Shown: positions 31,763 through 45,000, counted from the first letter of the stretch. The stretch: 64,000 nt of DNA from Rebecca billardiae RCC1528 (GCA_965240325.2 OZ251251.1:907389-971388), one strand, 5' to 3'. A program made the numbers and translations. Notes: a model not told the origin generated them from the sequence alone.

Positions 31763-32642
31763 TCAGCGCCGCGCGCTGAGCAGCGCGAGCAGCAGCCGCG
31801 AGTGCACGCTCGCGTGGCGCAGCTCGTCCTCCACGCGCGCCAGCCCGAGCGCGCACGCCTCGAGCTTGGCCACGCCGAGCTCGGCAAACTCGCACGCGGC
31901 GGCCACCGCGGCCGCGCCGTCCGCGCCGCCGTCCGCGGCCGCGCCCGCGAGCCGCAGCTCGGCGAGGCCGTACACGGCGCCGACCGCGGCGGCGCGCGCG
32001 CACTCGCCGAGCTCGCGCGCCCCCGCGCCCTCCTCCGCGCGCGTCGCGTGCGCGAGCATCAGCCGCCCCAGCTCCGTCTGCCGGCCGAGCGCGGCGGGCG
32101 CGTGCGGCGCGTGCGCCTGCAGCGCGAGCGCCTGCGCCCACGTGTGCGCGTACGGCTCGAGGGCGCGCAGCCGCAGGGCCATCGCGGCGCAGAGGCGCTC
32201 GGAGACGCGCGCGTCGCTGCGGGCGCGCGCGCGGCGGCGCGGGCGGCGGGGGAGGAGGGCGCGTGAGCGGGCGGCACGCCGTGCGCGCCGACGCGCGCGC
32301 GCGCGCGCGCGCGCACGCGCACCCGCCCTCGGCGTCGGCCGTCTCGTCGGCCGAGCGCTCGCGCAGCTCCGCGCGCAGCCGCTCGTTCGTCTCGTCGATG
32401 AAGTGGCCGAGCAGCTCGATCGGGCCGCCCGCCACCACGCCGTGCGCGGCCGCCGAGAGGCCGGCGTCCGCGGCGCCGGCCGCGAGCGCGCGCTCCGACC
32501 AGCCCGCGCCCTCGCGCACGTGCGGCAGCGCGGCGGCGAGGATGCGCGCGCGGAGCGCGTCGTCCGCGCTCGAGGCTGCACCGCTCGAGCTCAGCGCGCG
32601 GCGCAGCGCGCCGCGCCGCGTCGCGGCCCACGCGGCGAGCAT
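31763..32642 (-). CDS. COQ9: Ubiquinone biosynthesis protein COQ9 (mitochondrial); exons 32642-32323 and 32216-31763
   Basis: Arg-rich presequence; ILAAALPHV...GWSERAL; GPIELLGHF; LRLRALEPY..TWAQALAL; VGAVYGLAEL. 106-bp intron. Confidence 0.85.
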
Positions 32643-32784
32643 GGCTGCGCGGCGGCCTGCTGCTTTGGCTGGGCGATGGCTGGCGCGCGAAGATGCCCGC
32701 GCACCTCGCCTCACCAGCACGGGCTGGAGGCACCGGACTGGCCTGGCCGTTGCTGGTCAGGAGCGCTCGAACGAGCAGACGACG

Positions 32785-33609
32785 ATGGCGGTGAGCCGCC
32801 GCCTGGCGGCGGCGGACGCGCCCCCGGGCGGCGTCACGGCGGCCGCGTCGTCGTCGGCGGCGACGGAGGCCGGCGGGGAGGAGCGCTCGGCGCGCGCGGC
32901 GCGGCTCGCGCTCCTCGTCGACGCGAGCGCCTCCGTCGACGCGCGGCTCGGCGCCGCGCACGCGCTGCACGCCGCCGTGCGCACGCAGCCGTCGGCCGCG
33001 GCGGCGGCCGCGTGCGCGTCCGAGGTGCTCGGCGCCGAGGGCGCGCTCGACGCGCTGCGCGCGCTGATCACGGACGGCGGCGACGGCGCGCACGCCCCCG
33101 CCGAGCTCCTCGCCGCCGCGCTCCTCGCGCTCGACGCGGGCGGCGCGGGCGGCGCGCGGCGCGCCGCGCTCGAGGCGGTGTGCGCGCACGACCTCACGCC
33201 CGTCCTCGTCGCGACGGCGCGCGCGGGGCACGCGCCGCTGCGCCACGCGGCGCTGCCGCTGCTCGCCGCGCTCGCGCGCCACGCGCCGTGCGCGCCCGCG
33301 CTCGCGCGCGCCCGGTGCGCGCGCGCGCTGATGCTGCCGCTGCCGCGCGCCGAGCCGGCCCGCGCCGCCGCGGCGGCCGCCGGCGCCGCCGACGCGCTCG
33401 ACTGGCACTGGGCGCTGGACGCGCTGGACGCGCTCGCGCGCACGCCGGCGGGCGCGCGCCACCTGCGCGGCGCGCGCGCCGCCGAGTGGCTCGCGCGCGC
33501 GGGTGCGTGCGCGGAGGCGGGCGCGCTGCCGCTCGAGCGCGCCGACGGCACGCGGCTGCGCGCGCTCGCGCGGCACGCGGCGCTGCTCGCGGAGCCGCCG
33601 CCGCGCTGA
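32785..33609 (+). CDS. Hypothetical alpha-helical (ARM/HEAT-like) protein, 274 aa
   Basis: ATG 142 bp from the COQ9 ATG (divergent). Leu/Ala helices such as EGALDALRALI, LTPVLVA and HWALDALDAL. Confidence 0.55.
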   Translation: MAVSRRLAAADAPPGGVTAAASSSAATEAGGEERSARAARLALLVDASASVDARLGAAHALHAAVRTQPSAAAAAACASEVLGAEGALDALRALITDGGDGAHAPAELLAAALLALDAGGAGGARRAALEAVCAHDLTPVLVATARAGHAPLRHAALPLLAALARHAPCAPALARARCARALMLPLPRAEPARAAAAAAGAADALDWHWALDALDALARTPAGARHLRGARAAEWLARAGACAEAGALPLERADGTRLRALARHAALLAEPPPR

Positions 33610-33931
33610 GGCCGCGCTCGACCGTCGTCGATCCTTCGGTCGGCGGCGACGGTCGCGCGGCGGCTCCGCTCGCCAGCCGCCCGGGGCGAAACGTAACGGC
33701 AATATTGATGACGTCATCCAGCACGAACGACTACAAGAAAACGATGAGAACGATGGAAAATCATTTCGGCCCGAGCGGCATTTTGAAATCTCGGCAGCAG
33801 CAATTCCTCCTGCTCAATAATAATTCGTTCAGCGGTCGGCTCGTCGGCTCGTTGCGCGGCGTGGCGGTTGGGCCCGACGACCCCGACCCCGCCGCCCGAC
33901 TTCAAATCGCCGCCGCGAGGGGAGGACGCCG

Positions 33932-36900
33932 ATGGACGAGCCCGCCGCGCTCGAGGGCGCGCACGCGGGGCGCGTGTGGACGCGCAAGCCGGAGGTGCGC
34001 GACGACGGCCTCGTCTCCGCCTTCCTGCCCCCCGCCGAGCGCCGCGGCCCCGCGCGCTCCGACGGCGGCGGGCGCTTCGTCTCGGTCGCGTTTGCGCCCG
34101 CGGCGCCGCGCGGCGCGCCCGGCGGCGCGAGCGGCCAGTTCGCCGCGGCGGACGCGGAGGGCCGCGTGGTGCTCTTCCACCCGGCGCTGAACCGCTTCGC
34201 CGTCCTCCACCGCGGGCCCGACGCGCCCGCGCCCACCGCGCTCGCGCTCGCGCGCGCGCCGCTCGCGCCCGGCGGCGGCGGCGGCGGCGGCGGTGGCGGC
34301 CTGTCGCTGTTTGTGGGCGGCGCGGACGGCGGCGTGGAGGAGTACGCCGTGCGCACGCCGCCGCCGTCGGCGGCGGAGGAGCCCGCCGCCGTGCTCGTGC
34401 GCGCGCTGCCGCCCGCGCCCGCCGCCGACCCGTCCGAGCCCGCCGCGCCCGTGCGCGCGCTGCGCGTGCACGGCGGCGGCGGCGGCGGCGTGGACGCCGC
34501 CGACGCCGACGGCGGCCCGGCGAGGCTGCTGCTCGCGGCGAGCGCGGCGGGCGTGCGCGTGTGGGCCTGGGCGGCCGGCCCCGCCGCGTCCGCCCCCTCC
34601 GCCGCGTCCGCCTCCGCCGCCGCGTCCGCCGCCGCGCGCGCGGGCTGCGTGGAGCACGGCTGGGGCGGCTGGGGCTGGCGCGAGCGCGCGGCCGTGTGCG
34701 CGGCCGCGCGCGCGCACCACGGCGCGCCCGTGGACGTGCGCGCGGTGCCGCGCGGCGCGTGCGCGGGCGTGTGCGCGCAGCTGGGCACGCGCGTGGAGCA
34801 CGACGTGCTGCTCGTCGTCTGCGGCCGCGGCAGCGCGGGGCTGTGGGCGGCGGCGGGCGCGCGCGAGCGCGGCGCGCCGGCCGCGTGCGGCGCGCGCGTG
34901 TGCGCCGCCGTCGAGGTGGCGGAGGCGCAGGGCGACGCGGAGGCGGGCGGCGCGCCGCTCGCGGTGTACGCGCCGCCCGCGCAGCACGACGGGCTGTACG
35001 GCCCCGACCCCGCCGCCGCGTCGTCGATGGCGCTGCGCGGCGCGTGCGCGGTGCTGGGCGGCAGCGGGTCTGCCGAGGCGTGCGTGGTGGTGGGCTGCGG
35101 CTCTGCGCGCGGCCTGCTCGTCTGGGCGGCGGGCTCGGGGCAGCTGCTGCGCGTGCTGCTGCTGCCCGACGCGGCGGGGCCGCCCGTCGCGCTCGAGCCG
35201 CTCCCGCGCCCCGCCGCCGACGGCGCGTGCGTCCTCGCCGCGTGCGAGCCGCGCGGCGGCGGCGCCGAGGGCGGCGGCGGCGGCGTGGGCGGCGGGTGCG
35301 TGGGCGCGCTGGGCGTGCGCTGCGACGCTCCCGCCGTGCTCTTCGCGCTGACGCACGCGGCGGCGCGCGGGGCGGAGGCGGGCGCGCGCGCGTGGGGCTC
35401 GCCGCCCGGCGCGCTCGCCGTCGACGCCGCCGGGCGGTACGCGCTGCTGCTGCCGCCCGCGCCCGGCGGCGCGCGCGCGGGCGGCGCCGCGCGGCTGTTT
35501 GACACAGCGCGCGCGCAGGGCGGCGGCGCGCGCGGCGGCGCGGCCGCGCAGCAGGGCGGCGGCGGCGAGGCGGCGCCGCGCACGCCGCGCTGGTTCGGGC
35601 AGCCGTCCGGCGCGGGCGGCGGCGGCGGCGGCGGCAGCGCCGCCAGCTCGGCGCGCCGCGCCGCCTCCGCCTCGGCGACGGTGCGCGCGGCGGGCGCGGT
35701 GCGCGCCACGCCCTCGCCGCACCCCGGCGCGTCGCGGCGCGGCGCGCCGCCGCCGCGCGCGCCGCCGCCGCCCGCCGCGGCGGCGGAGGCGCTGCCGCCG
35801 GTGCCGGTGGACGTCGGGCTGCACGCGGCGCGCACGTTCATCGCCGAGCGCCCGCCGCCGCCCGCGCCGCCGACGCGCGTGCCCGGTGCGCGCCCAAGGG
35901 GCGCGTCCCCCAAGGGCGGCGGCGCGAGCGCGCGCGCCGCCCGCGCACCGCCACCGCGGCCGGGCGGCGCGGTGCGCTCGGCGTCGGACGCGGCGGCGGA
36001 GCTGGGCGCGCGCGCCGCGCGGCGCGCCGCCTCGCCCATCCGGCCGGGCGGCTCCCCTCCTCCCCGCCGCGCCGCGTCGGCCACGCCGGCGCCGAGCCCG
36101 GCTCCCGCGCGCGGCGACGGCGGCGGCGGCGGCGGCGGCGGCGGGCGCGGCCTCTCGAGCGCGCGTCTGCGCGAGCTCGTGCTGGCGCACGGCGGGCTGC
36201 CCGACGAGGCGCAGCGGGCGCACGCGTGGCGCTTCCTGCTGCGCGCGCCGAACGCGCGCGGCGCGCACGCCGCGCTCGTCGCGCGCGGCCCGCACCGCGC
36301 GTGGGCCGCGCTGGGCGGCGCGTACCCGCCCGCGCTGCGGCGCGTGGCGGCGCGGCTGCAGGCGCTGCTGAGCGCGCTCGCGCACTGGCACGCGCCGCTG
36401 GCGGAGGCGCGCTGGCTGCCGGCGTTCTGCTTCCCGTTCGTGCACGCGCTGGGCGCGTCGGAGGTGGCGCTGTTCGAGGGCGTGGCGACGGTGCTGCGCT
36501 CGCACGCGCGCCCGCTGCTCGGCGGGCCCGGCGGCGTGGGCGCGCTGTGCGCGGCGCTCGACGGCGCGCTCGGCGCGCGCGCGCCCGCGCTCGGCGCGCG
36601 GCTGCGCGCGCTGCCCGCCGCGCGCGGCGGCGCGCGCGCGGCGGGCGCGGACGCGCGCGTGTGGGCGGTGCCGCTGCTGCGCACGGCGCTGAGCGAGCTG
36701 CTGCCGCGCGAGGCGTGGCTCCGCCTCTGGGACTGCCTCCTCGCGCACCCGCCCGGCGTGTTTGTGTTCGCCCCGCTCGCGTGCATGCTGGCGGTGCCGC
36801 AGCTGCGCGCGCGGCTGGCGCGCGCGGAGGACGTGGACGCGCTGGCGAGGGCGCTCGCGCGGCCGCTGCTCGGCGCGGCGGCGGAGGAGGCGGCGACGCC

Positions 36901-38379
36901 GGCGGGCGCGGACGGTGTGGACGCGCGCGCGATCGCGCTCGAGGCGATCGCGCTGCACGCCGCCGCGGCCGCCGCCGAGCCGGCCGCGGCGGGGCGTGCG
37001 CTGGCGCCGCTGCGCGCGGGGCCGCGCGGCTACGCACCCTGGGACGACGGCGGCGCCGCCACCGCGCACGGCGACGACGACGAGGGGCACGGCGGCGAGG
37101 AGGCCGCCGCCGCGTGGGACGCGGGGCCCGAGCCGCCGCCGCCGCCCCGCCGCTCGGCGTGCGCGTCCGCGGCTGAGCTCGGCGTGGACTCGGAGGCGGC
37201 GGCGTCGGAGTCTGCGTTGGCCGCGCTGCTCGCGCGCGCGGGCGCGGGGCCGGTGGCGGGCGAGCGGGGGCAGGGGCTGGCGGACGGCGCGCTGCTGCAG
37301 GGCGGCGCGCAGCTCGCCGCGGCGCACCGCGCGCTGCGCGCGCGGCAGGGCGAGTCGCGCGCGGCGGGCGTGGCGCTGCGCGAGCAGTACGAGGCCAAGC
37401 TCGGCCGGCTGCGCGAGGCGGAGGGCGCGCTCAGCGCAGAGGCGCGCGACGCGGCAGCGGCGGCGCGCGAGCGCGCGGCGCGCGCGGCGGTCGCGCTCGA
37501 GGCGGAGGCGGCGGCGGCGGCGGCGGAGGGCGCGGCGCTGCAGCGCCAGCTCGTGGACGCGGTCTCGCACCAGCTCGCGCGGCACGAGGCCGCGCGGCGC
37601 GAGGTGGCGAGCGCGCGCGCCGCGGACGAGGAGGCGGCCGCGCTCGCGCTCGAGACGGCGCGCCGCCAGCTGCGCGACGCGTTTGCAGACCGCGCGGCCG
37701 CGCTGCGCGCCGCGGCCGAGGCGGACGCCGAGCTCGCGGCCGCGCGCGCCGCGGCGGAGGAGCGGCGCGAGGCGCAGCGCGCGGCGGCCGAGGTGCGCGC
37801 CGCGCGCCGCGCCGCGCGCCGCGCGGGGTGCGGTCCGCGCTCACGCGCACGCGCGCGCGCGCGCGCGCGCTCGGGTGGCGCGCAGGAGGCGGAGGCGGTG
37901 GCGCACGCGCAGGCGGCCGCCGAGCGCGCGCGCGCCGTGCAGCAGCTCACCGCGGCCGCGGACGCGCAGCGCGAGGCGCGCGCGCGGCTGGCGCTCGCCG
38001 AGCTGCACGCGCAGACGGACGCGGCCGCGCGCGCGGCGCAGCGCCGGCAGCGGCTCGCCGCCGCGGCCGAGCTCGCCAAGAGCGCCGCCGAGCTCGACGC
38101 CGCCGCGCAGGTGCGCGCGCCGCAGCCGCGCGCGCCGCAGCCGCGCGCCGCGCGCGGCGCCGACGCCCACGCGCGTGCCCCGCGCCGCGCCGCGCCGCGC
38201 GCAGGCGGAGGAGGCGGCCGCGGCCGAGGCGAGCGCGCGCGTGGACGAGGCGGTGAGCGCCGCCGCGCGCTGGCGCGGCCGCCGCGCGGCCGAGCGGCGC
38301 GCGGTGCTGGCGCGCGAGCGCGAGCAGGCCGAGCTCGAGGCGGCCGCGCGGCGGCAGCGGCTGCGCGAGGCGGAGCGCA

Positions 38380-38410
<31 letters not shown>

Positions 38411-38885
38411 GGACGAGGGCCGCCGCGCGCTCGTGGACGCGGACGGCGCGGAGGAGGAGGCGCTGGCGCAGCAGCTGCTCGCGCTCTCCACCGCGCGCGC
38501 GCGCGAGCGCGAGGCCGAGGCGGACGCGCTGCGCGCGATGCGCGCCAACGCGCCGCCGGGCTTTGCCGCGGCCGCCGAGTCGGGCGGCGGCGCCGGCTCG
38601 CCGCTCCCGCCCGCCGCCGCCGTCGCCGACGTGTTTGCCGCGCGCGTCGCGGCGGCGGGCGGCGGCGAGGGCGCGGCGGCGCACCACCGCACGCCGCCGC
38701 CGCGCGCCGCCGCCGCCGACGACGACGGCGCCGTCTCCGCGGCGGAGCACGACGCGTGGCTCGCCTCGCTGCGCCGCTCGGCGGCGACCGTCGTGGGCGG
38801 CCACGCGCAGGCGCTCTCGCCCGACGACGGCGGCGGCGCAGCGGCGCCGGAGGGCGCGTTCGACGGCGGCGCCTTCATCGGCTGA
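33932..38885 (+). CDS. TBC1D31: TBC1 domain family member 31 (WDR67)-like: WD40 + Rab-GAP TBC + coiled coil; introns 37793-37885 and 38111-38204
   Basis: FVSVAF...DAEGRVVLFHPALNRF; RLRELVLAHGGLP..RAHAWRFLL..P; LSALAHW; LPAFCFPFV; PLLRTALSELLPREAWLRLWD. The second intron shifts into the frame ending AFDGGAFIG*. Confidence 0.88.
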
Positions 38886-39608
38886 GGTGAGTACTGTACC
38901 CAGTAGATCAGGTTAGATTCATGATGATTCATATCAGCTGCGGAAGTCAGGCGGGTGATGACGACGACGGTCTGACGATGTCCCATCAGCATATATTGAC
39001 GATGACGATCAACTATATATATATGTCTAGCCGTCCTCGGAGCGCCTGCGCCATCCAGATGCAGTGAGGAGGCGAGGCACACGCCGGGCAGGGCGGAGCC
39101 ACGCGGCGAGAGACCAGACTCTATACATTGTATGGGATTTTTGTTCCTGCAGCTTGGACGACGCAGCTCGAGAGCCGCCAAGCCGCACGACAGCGAGGCA
39201 CGAAGGACATCGCGCACAGGGCGCCTCGAAGCTGCGGGCCGCCGGAAACAGCTGCAGCCATCAGGACAGTGGGCGCTTCCGACGGGTGCTCGCTGCGAGT
39301 GAGCGGGAGGCATGCAGCAGCGACGGTAACGGTTGGCTCGGCGCCTGATGAAAAACCCAGTTCACGAATTGGCCGTCCTGACCGCCATGCCAACCATGCC
39401 TAGTTAGCCTATGGCCCAGGAGCAGCGCAGTGAGTAGGTCGTTCTAGGCCGCCGTGCGTGCACACAGAGCACGGGCTCGAAAGTCCCTTGTGGCACGAGA
39501 AGAGGGTAGTGGCCAAGATGGCAGCCGGACTTGAGCTCGGCCGCCTGGCTCAGGGTGAATGGCAGGCAGGTGTTGATACGGCGCATTGCGCTCCCACCGT
39601 CCTCTTAG

Positions 39609-42004
39609 TAGGGGGTCCATGACAGCAGCCCACTGAATTGTGATTTTCGACAACCATGCGATTTAGGTGTCTGACGAGCGTGGCGCTTGCGGAGGCACCC
39701 ACAAATATGTCCTGGAACCCAGCCCAGCCGTCAGAAGCACCCAAAACCGACTCCGCGCGTCGTCGCGCGGTCGTGCGCGCACGCCAGCTGCGCCACTGTG
39801 TCACATACAGATTCAGCCAAACGTCAACGACTTGTTATGGCGGCTAAATGACGGTATGTCGTCGGACTTACTTATTCATAACCGTTGCAACCCGCCCCAA
39901 CAAAATTAAGGTGGACTTGCTAAATTTTAGTAGGCACGATGAGTGCGCGTAGAGGTCGGTGAAAAACTACTCCAAGATCGAGCATGTTACCCACTTAATT
40001 AGAGGCATGTACCCGTATATATGCACTTACCCACCCGTTTATTATACAATGCGGGTGGGTTTTAAATATATATTCAGGGTGGTGTCAATATGGGGGTACC
40101 TTGTTCACTATTCGTGCTGGGTCATCCGAATAGGCCGCGCCGCCGCGCGGAGTGACGGCGGGCTCGTGCCACCGTCAAACCGTCCCGCAGCAGGCCCGGA
40201 CGGACCTGATGCGGGCGGCGGCTGCGTGCCAAAGCACACGACCAAGCGCACCTCTGAGCATGCCACCATCCCCATAGTCGTGAAGGAGTCCTCCGCCATC
40301 GACGCTTGCGTGCGCAGACTAGCAGTCATCGCCGCCGCAGAGCTTGCCGCGGCCGTTCGGCGACTTCCGTGCCCGTGCTCTGTGTCACCGGCGTCGTCGC
40401 CGTTCGTCGTACCCCAGCCCACGCGAGGCCGTCACCGGTCCACCGGTACTGCGGCGGACTGCGCGCGCTTCGCCGCGCGCTCGCCCTCGAGCTTCGCCGC
40501 TCTCCTCTCGCGCTCGAACTGGACGCAGTCGGCAGCCATGGCAGCCCGCTCGGCCGCAGCGCGATCTGTGCCCCCCCGCGCGCTGCGCTCGGTTGCGTCG
40601 GCGCGCAAGCTGGCGCGCGCAGCGTCGGCGACGGCGCGCGCGGTCGCCTTGCGCGACGAGTCCAGCTCCACCTGCTGCTCCGTCAGGCGCACCTGCTGCT
40701 CCAAGATGACCGCGTGCTCAGCAGGAGTCACGCGCTGCTCGTGCAGCTGCACCTGCACGCGGCCTGCTGCGGACGCGCGCGGCGCGCCGGCGTCGGGGGG
40801 CGAGTAGAGGTCGCGGAAGGGGCAGCTGTCGTCGCCGGCGCCCAGCGACGTGTCGTCGGCATCCAGCTCCGCCTTCCTCTCCGCCGCCGACGCGCCCTGC
40901 TTCCGGCTCAGGATGCGCTCCATGTCCTTGTTCTTGCCCTTCCACCACCTGTGCACGGTCATCAGCCAGATGCCGATCACCTCCAGCAGCGGCGAGTCGT
41001 GGCGCGCCGAGATGCCGAGCGCATCCGCGCAGACGAGCGCGAGCGCATTGGGCTTCTTCGTCCCACCGTCGCGCGCGGTCTGGGCGCACGCCGGGGTGAA
41101 CACTCTGACCAACGGCTTGTGCTTCTTCAAGTTCTCGAGCATGAGGTCCATGAGCGTGCGGAGGAGGTCGAGGAGCATGAAGTTGAGCACCGATGCGTAC
41201 CGCGGGCGAAAGCCGGCCACGGGCCGACCGGCCAAGGGCTGCAGCACGTGGATGGCGCGCGCCGCCACCGCCGTCTCCTCGAGCTGCTGCGCGCTGACAT
41301 TGACGTCAGGCCGTAGCTCGGGCCTGCACGGTTGCACACAGCCGAGGCCGTCCGCGGAGGAGGCGAGCCTCTCGGCGGTGCCAGCGGGGACCTCGGGCGG
41401 GTCGCACACATCCATGGGCACGCGTGCATCATCATCTGCCGCGCCCTGGACCTCGTCATGCCCGGCACAGCGGTCCGCAAGTTGGTCGGCGGTAGCTGGC
41501 CCTTGCGGCAGAGGCGTCGCGGGCACGTCCGAGGGCGAGAAGGCAGCGTCGGGTGGGGAAGGAGACAGCGTCGAGTCGTTGCCGATGCCTATCCCACCGC
41601 GTTGCGCATGTTCGTCTCCGCGTTGCTCGCCTGTACGTGCTCCTAGGACGCGCTCCTTGGTCGCGGGCAGCACACGTTGAGCACGCAGATTCAAATCATG
41701 AAGCACGAGCGTCGACCGGCCAGCGACTCCCAGCGAGAGCCCGGTCCACACGAACCGTGGCTACCTGTCCGCAGCCGCCCAGCCGCTCGGCGAGGCGCCT
41801 GCGCCGAGGTGGGCGCGCCCAACGGCGAGCGGACGGCCGTCGACGAGGGCCATCAGCCTCGCCGACCCCGTTCAGAGCTCCGCTCCCGCGCCGGGGCCAG
41901 CCGAGCGCGGATTTGGAATCTGCCGATCGCGAAAACACGCCGAACAAGTTCTGAAAAGGAAAAGAAAAGAAATCAAAAATCAATTTAATCTGATGGACCC
42001 CCTA
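39609..42004. mobile_element. Non-autonomous hAT-like TIR element (2.4 kb) with a 7-bp TSD, carrying an orphan ORF
   Basis: TIR TAGGGGGTCCAT (39609-39620) / ATGGACCCCCTA (41993-42004). CTCTTAG flanks both ends (39602-39608 and 42005-42011). Confidence 0.8.
40432..41415 (-). CDS. Element-borne hypothetical protein (helical domain plus coiled coil)
   Basis: The frame is open from 41751 and the first ATG is at 41415. Non-repetitive core YASVLNFMLLDLLRTLMDLMLENLKKH...IGIWLMTVHRWWKGKNK. The same frame stays open past the TGA to 40108. Confidence 0.55.
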   Translation of the reverse strand: MDVCDPPEVPAGTAERLASSADGLGCVQPCRPELRPDVNVSAQQLEETAVAARAIHVLQPLAGRPVAGFRPRYASVLNFMLLDLLRTLMDLMLENLKKHKPLVRVFTPACAQTARDGGTKKPNALALVCADALGISARHDSPLLEVIGIWLMTVHRWWKGKNKDMERILSRKQGASAAERKAELDADDTSLGAGDDSCPFRDLYSPPDAGAPRASAAGRVQVQLHEQRVTPAEHAVILEQQVRLTEQQVELDSSRKATARAVADAARASLRADATERSARGGTDRAAAERAAMAADCVQFERERRAAKLEGERAAKRAQSAAVPVDR

Positions 42005-45000
42005 CTCTTAGACAATCAGTTATATTGTGCCAATAACCCCACATATATATAACGCCCAAGAGCTCGCTCAGCAGATTCTATTAGCGCGGCGCTTCACGGC
42101 CGCCGATTGCATGGCTCTTGCGCGGTGGAACTTGTCGCGTGAGCCCTTGCCCCGCCGCGCACGCTCCTGCGGCACCGAGGCTACCGCTCCGCGCCCGAGC
42201 AGACCACGCGGCGCGCGCGACGGCGCCTGCTGAGTGCTGCTGCTGCCGCTGCCTGCGGAGGGCTGCTGCGTGGGCCGACTCGAAGCCCACGCCAGAGAGG
42301 CGGGCAGCGCGGCCGGAACGGCTGCGGATGCGCGGAGCGCCGCAGCCGTCCCAGCGCCTCGCACCGGTCGAAGCTGCCCCCGCCCCGGCCCCCCATCTGA
42401 CGCTCGGCCAACGTGCACCTGGTGCGCGTAGTGAGCGGCGAACGTGTGCGGCGCGCCCAGCGCGCGCGAGCTGGATGGCTAACGCCAACCGACTGGTGGT
42501 TGCCTCCGCCGCGCATGCCAAGCACGCGCAGGGCACGCGGCGGGCGCGGCCGAGCAATCTGTGCCAGGAGGCCGCGCCGACGCGCGGGCGGTGGGGGCGT
42601 CGGCTGAGGGCGCGCCCCGACCCAAGCGGTGGTGCAGTGCCACTCCATACCACCGGTAGACTGAGTCTGGGGCGTGGGGCGCGGCGCCCGGCCCGCCAGC
42701 CGCGACGCAGGCTCGTCTGCTGGGTCAAGCGACCCTGCTCTCGGGCCTGAACTGCGCGTTCCAATGAACGGCCCGACCGACCTGCTGGAGGATCAGCCAG
42801 CGTCTGTTCGAGAGCTACGCTTGAGGTTGACCGCCCCCTGAGGCGCGCCCTGCTTGGCCGGCCGGACTGCGCAGCTGGCACGTGCGCTGGTCAGGACCTT
42901 ACTGCTCAGAAAGTATGTGCTGGCTCCGGGTCAAGCGACTCCACCCTCGGCCTCGAACAGCGCGTTCCGATCGGCCAGACCTGTCTGAGACTGGACGATC
43001 AGCTAAAGTCTGTCCGACGAGAGCCCCCATAGGTTGACCTCAGTCTGGGGAGCGCTCTGTGGCGCTGGGTGCCGCAGCGCGTACGGCAGGCGGGCCGGCC
43101 GTGCGGCTATCCGAGATTGTGGGTATGCCTACCCAGCGCCCCGCACCGGTCGAAGCTGCCTTCGCCCCGGCCCCCCATCGTCCACCTCGTCTTATCTGAC
43201 TCCGGTGAGCCGCAGCTGCGGAAAGCCCAGCATACGCCCTTGCTGCCCGTGCGCAGGAGGCGGAGCCGTGCGGTGCGTGGTGGCTGGCGGCCGACTGGCG
43301 TCACGCTCGGCGTACGTGAGGCGAGTTGGCGGGCAGCCCGCGCACCACGGGCTGGCGCGCGGCGCTGGCGTGCTACACCGAGACGGGCCGACACATGCGC
43401 GCCCACGCCCGCGCTGCCTGCAGCACCGGCCGGATGCACCGCTGGTGCGTTGCCACACTCGACGGCAGCAGCTGTCGGCGGTCCTGTGCGGGATGCCACG
43501 TGCGCGCGCGCGCGCTCGGCGCGGCGCCAGTGGCTGGCTGGCGGAGGGCGCAGGAGTGCGCGATGGAGTGGCTGCGCTGCTCCCGTGCCACTGCGCGGGG
43601 CCGCGTGCGCGCGCTCGCGCGCAGCGCGCTCTCTCCTCGTCAGCGTGCGCACTGCTCGATCGGCGTGCGGTCGTGCCCGAGGTGCAGCGCTTGCGTTGGG
43701 CGCGGCGGCGCGGGCGGGTGCGCACCGGGCGCCGCGGGCGGTGTGTGCGTGAGGAGGCCCTCGTGCCCGCGCGACGGCGCGCGCGGTCGACCTGGCATCG
43801 CGGGAAGAGGCATGGCTCCTGACGATGCAGTCTCGCTGCGAGGCGGCGGGCGCCGCCATCGTCCTGCTCTGCGCCTTTTTCCTTCCCGCGCATTTCGCGA
43901 CGCTCCGTTTTGTTTTTGGTTTTCTTTCTCGCCGGCGCGGTCCGCTGTCCACGATGGCCGACCAGCCTTTCCGCACGGGCGCACGAGCACGTCGCCTCGC
44001 CGCAGCGACGGGCGCGGCAAGAGGGCGCGAGGGCGCGCTGCGCGGCGGGCACGCGGCGTGCAACGCGTATGCATCGTGTCCAGCTCACCGCGAGGTGGCT
44101 CGCACGCTGCCGTTGCGAAGGCGCGGCCGCGGCGACGGCTCGCGGTCGGCATTGCGCTCGCGTGATGCGGCCGCGCGTGAAGCGGGCCGGCGCGCGGCCG
44201 GCGCCCCACGGGCTGGCGGGGAGCGCCGGGTAACACCCACCTGGCCCGTGTCGCGCACGCGCGCGCGCGCGCTGCCCACCGCGCCGGCCAGGGGCGCGGT
44301 GGGAATGTTGCCACGCGCGACGGCCCGGGGGACGGTCGGGACCGGCCGCCCGCCAGTCGCGCGCGCGCGCGCGCGCCCGGCGCGCGGCGCGCGAGCGGAG
44401 TGCGCGTGCGTGCGCGAATGGCCGATGGCGCTGCGCCCGCGCCACTGCGCGGGGCTGCGTGCGCGTACCCGCGCGCGGCCTGCTCCCCTGTGGACGGCGT
44501 GTGCACGCACGGCTCTGCATGCGACCGCCGTGGCGCGGCGCCCGCTGCCCGGGGACGGTGGCGACGGCGGGTGCGCGCCGGGCGCCGGGTGACGCGTCTT
44601 CGCTGCGGCGCGCGCCTCCTCGGCCCGTGCGCGACCGCGCGCGCCTGCCGCCGTTGCGCGAGCGGAGCGGCGAAGGCGCCCGCTCGCGCCCGGAGGCGAT
44701 GCCGCCATCGCCCATCGCTCTTCCGTACCGGGCTTGGCGGCGCTGACGAAACGAATCCGTGTGGTCGTCTGGGCTTCCTTTCCGCGGAGCAGCCAGCATG
44801 GCTGCCGAGGCGGCGGTTGGCACGTTGCTTTTTGTCGTTGGCGCTCACGGCACGCTCACGGCCGCGCGGCGGCGTGCGGCGCGAGCGCGTGCTCGCACAG
44901 TCGGCGAGTCGCGCGCTGCACCGCTGCTCGAGACAGCGAGTGCCACCGCCGCGCAGCAGCGTCGCATCAAAGAGCGCCGCAGCCAAGCGCGCGGCCCGCT

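Noticed and set aside
39014-39030. Helitron 3' end (CTAG next to a TA run)
   Set aside because: CTAG is not directly at the junction and no subterminal hairpin was seen.
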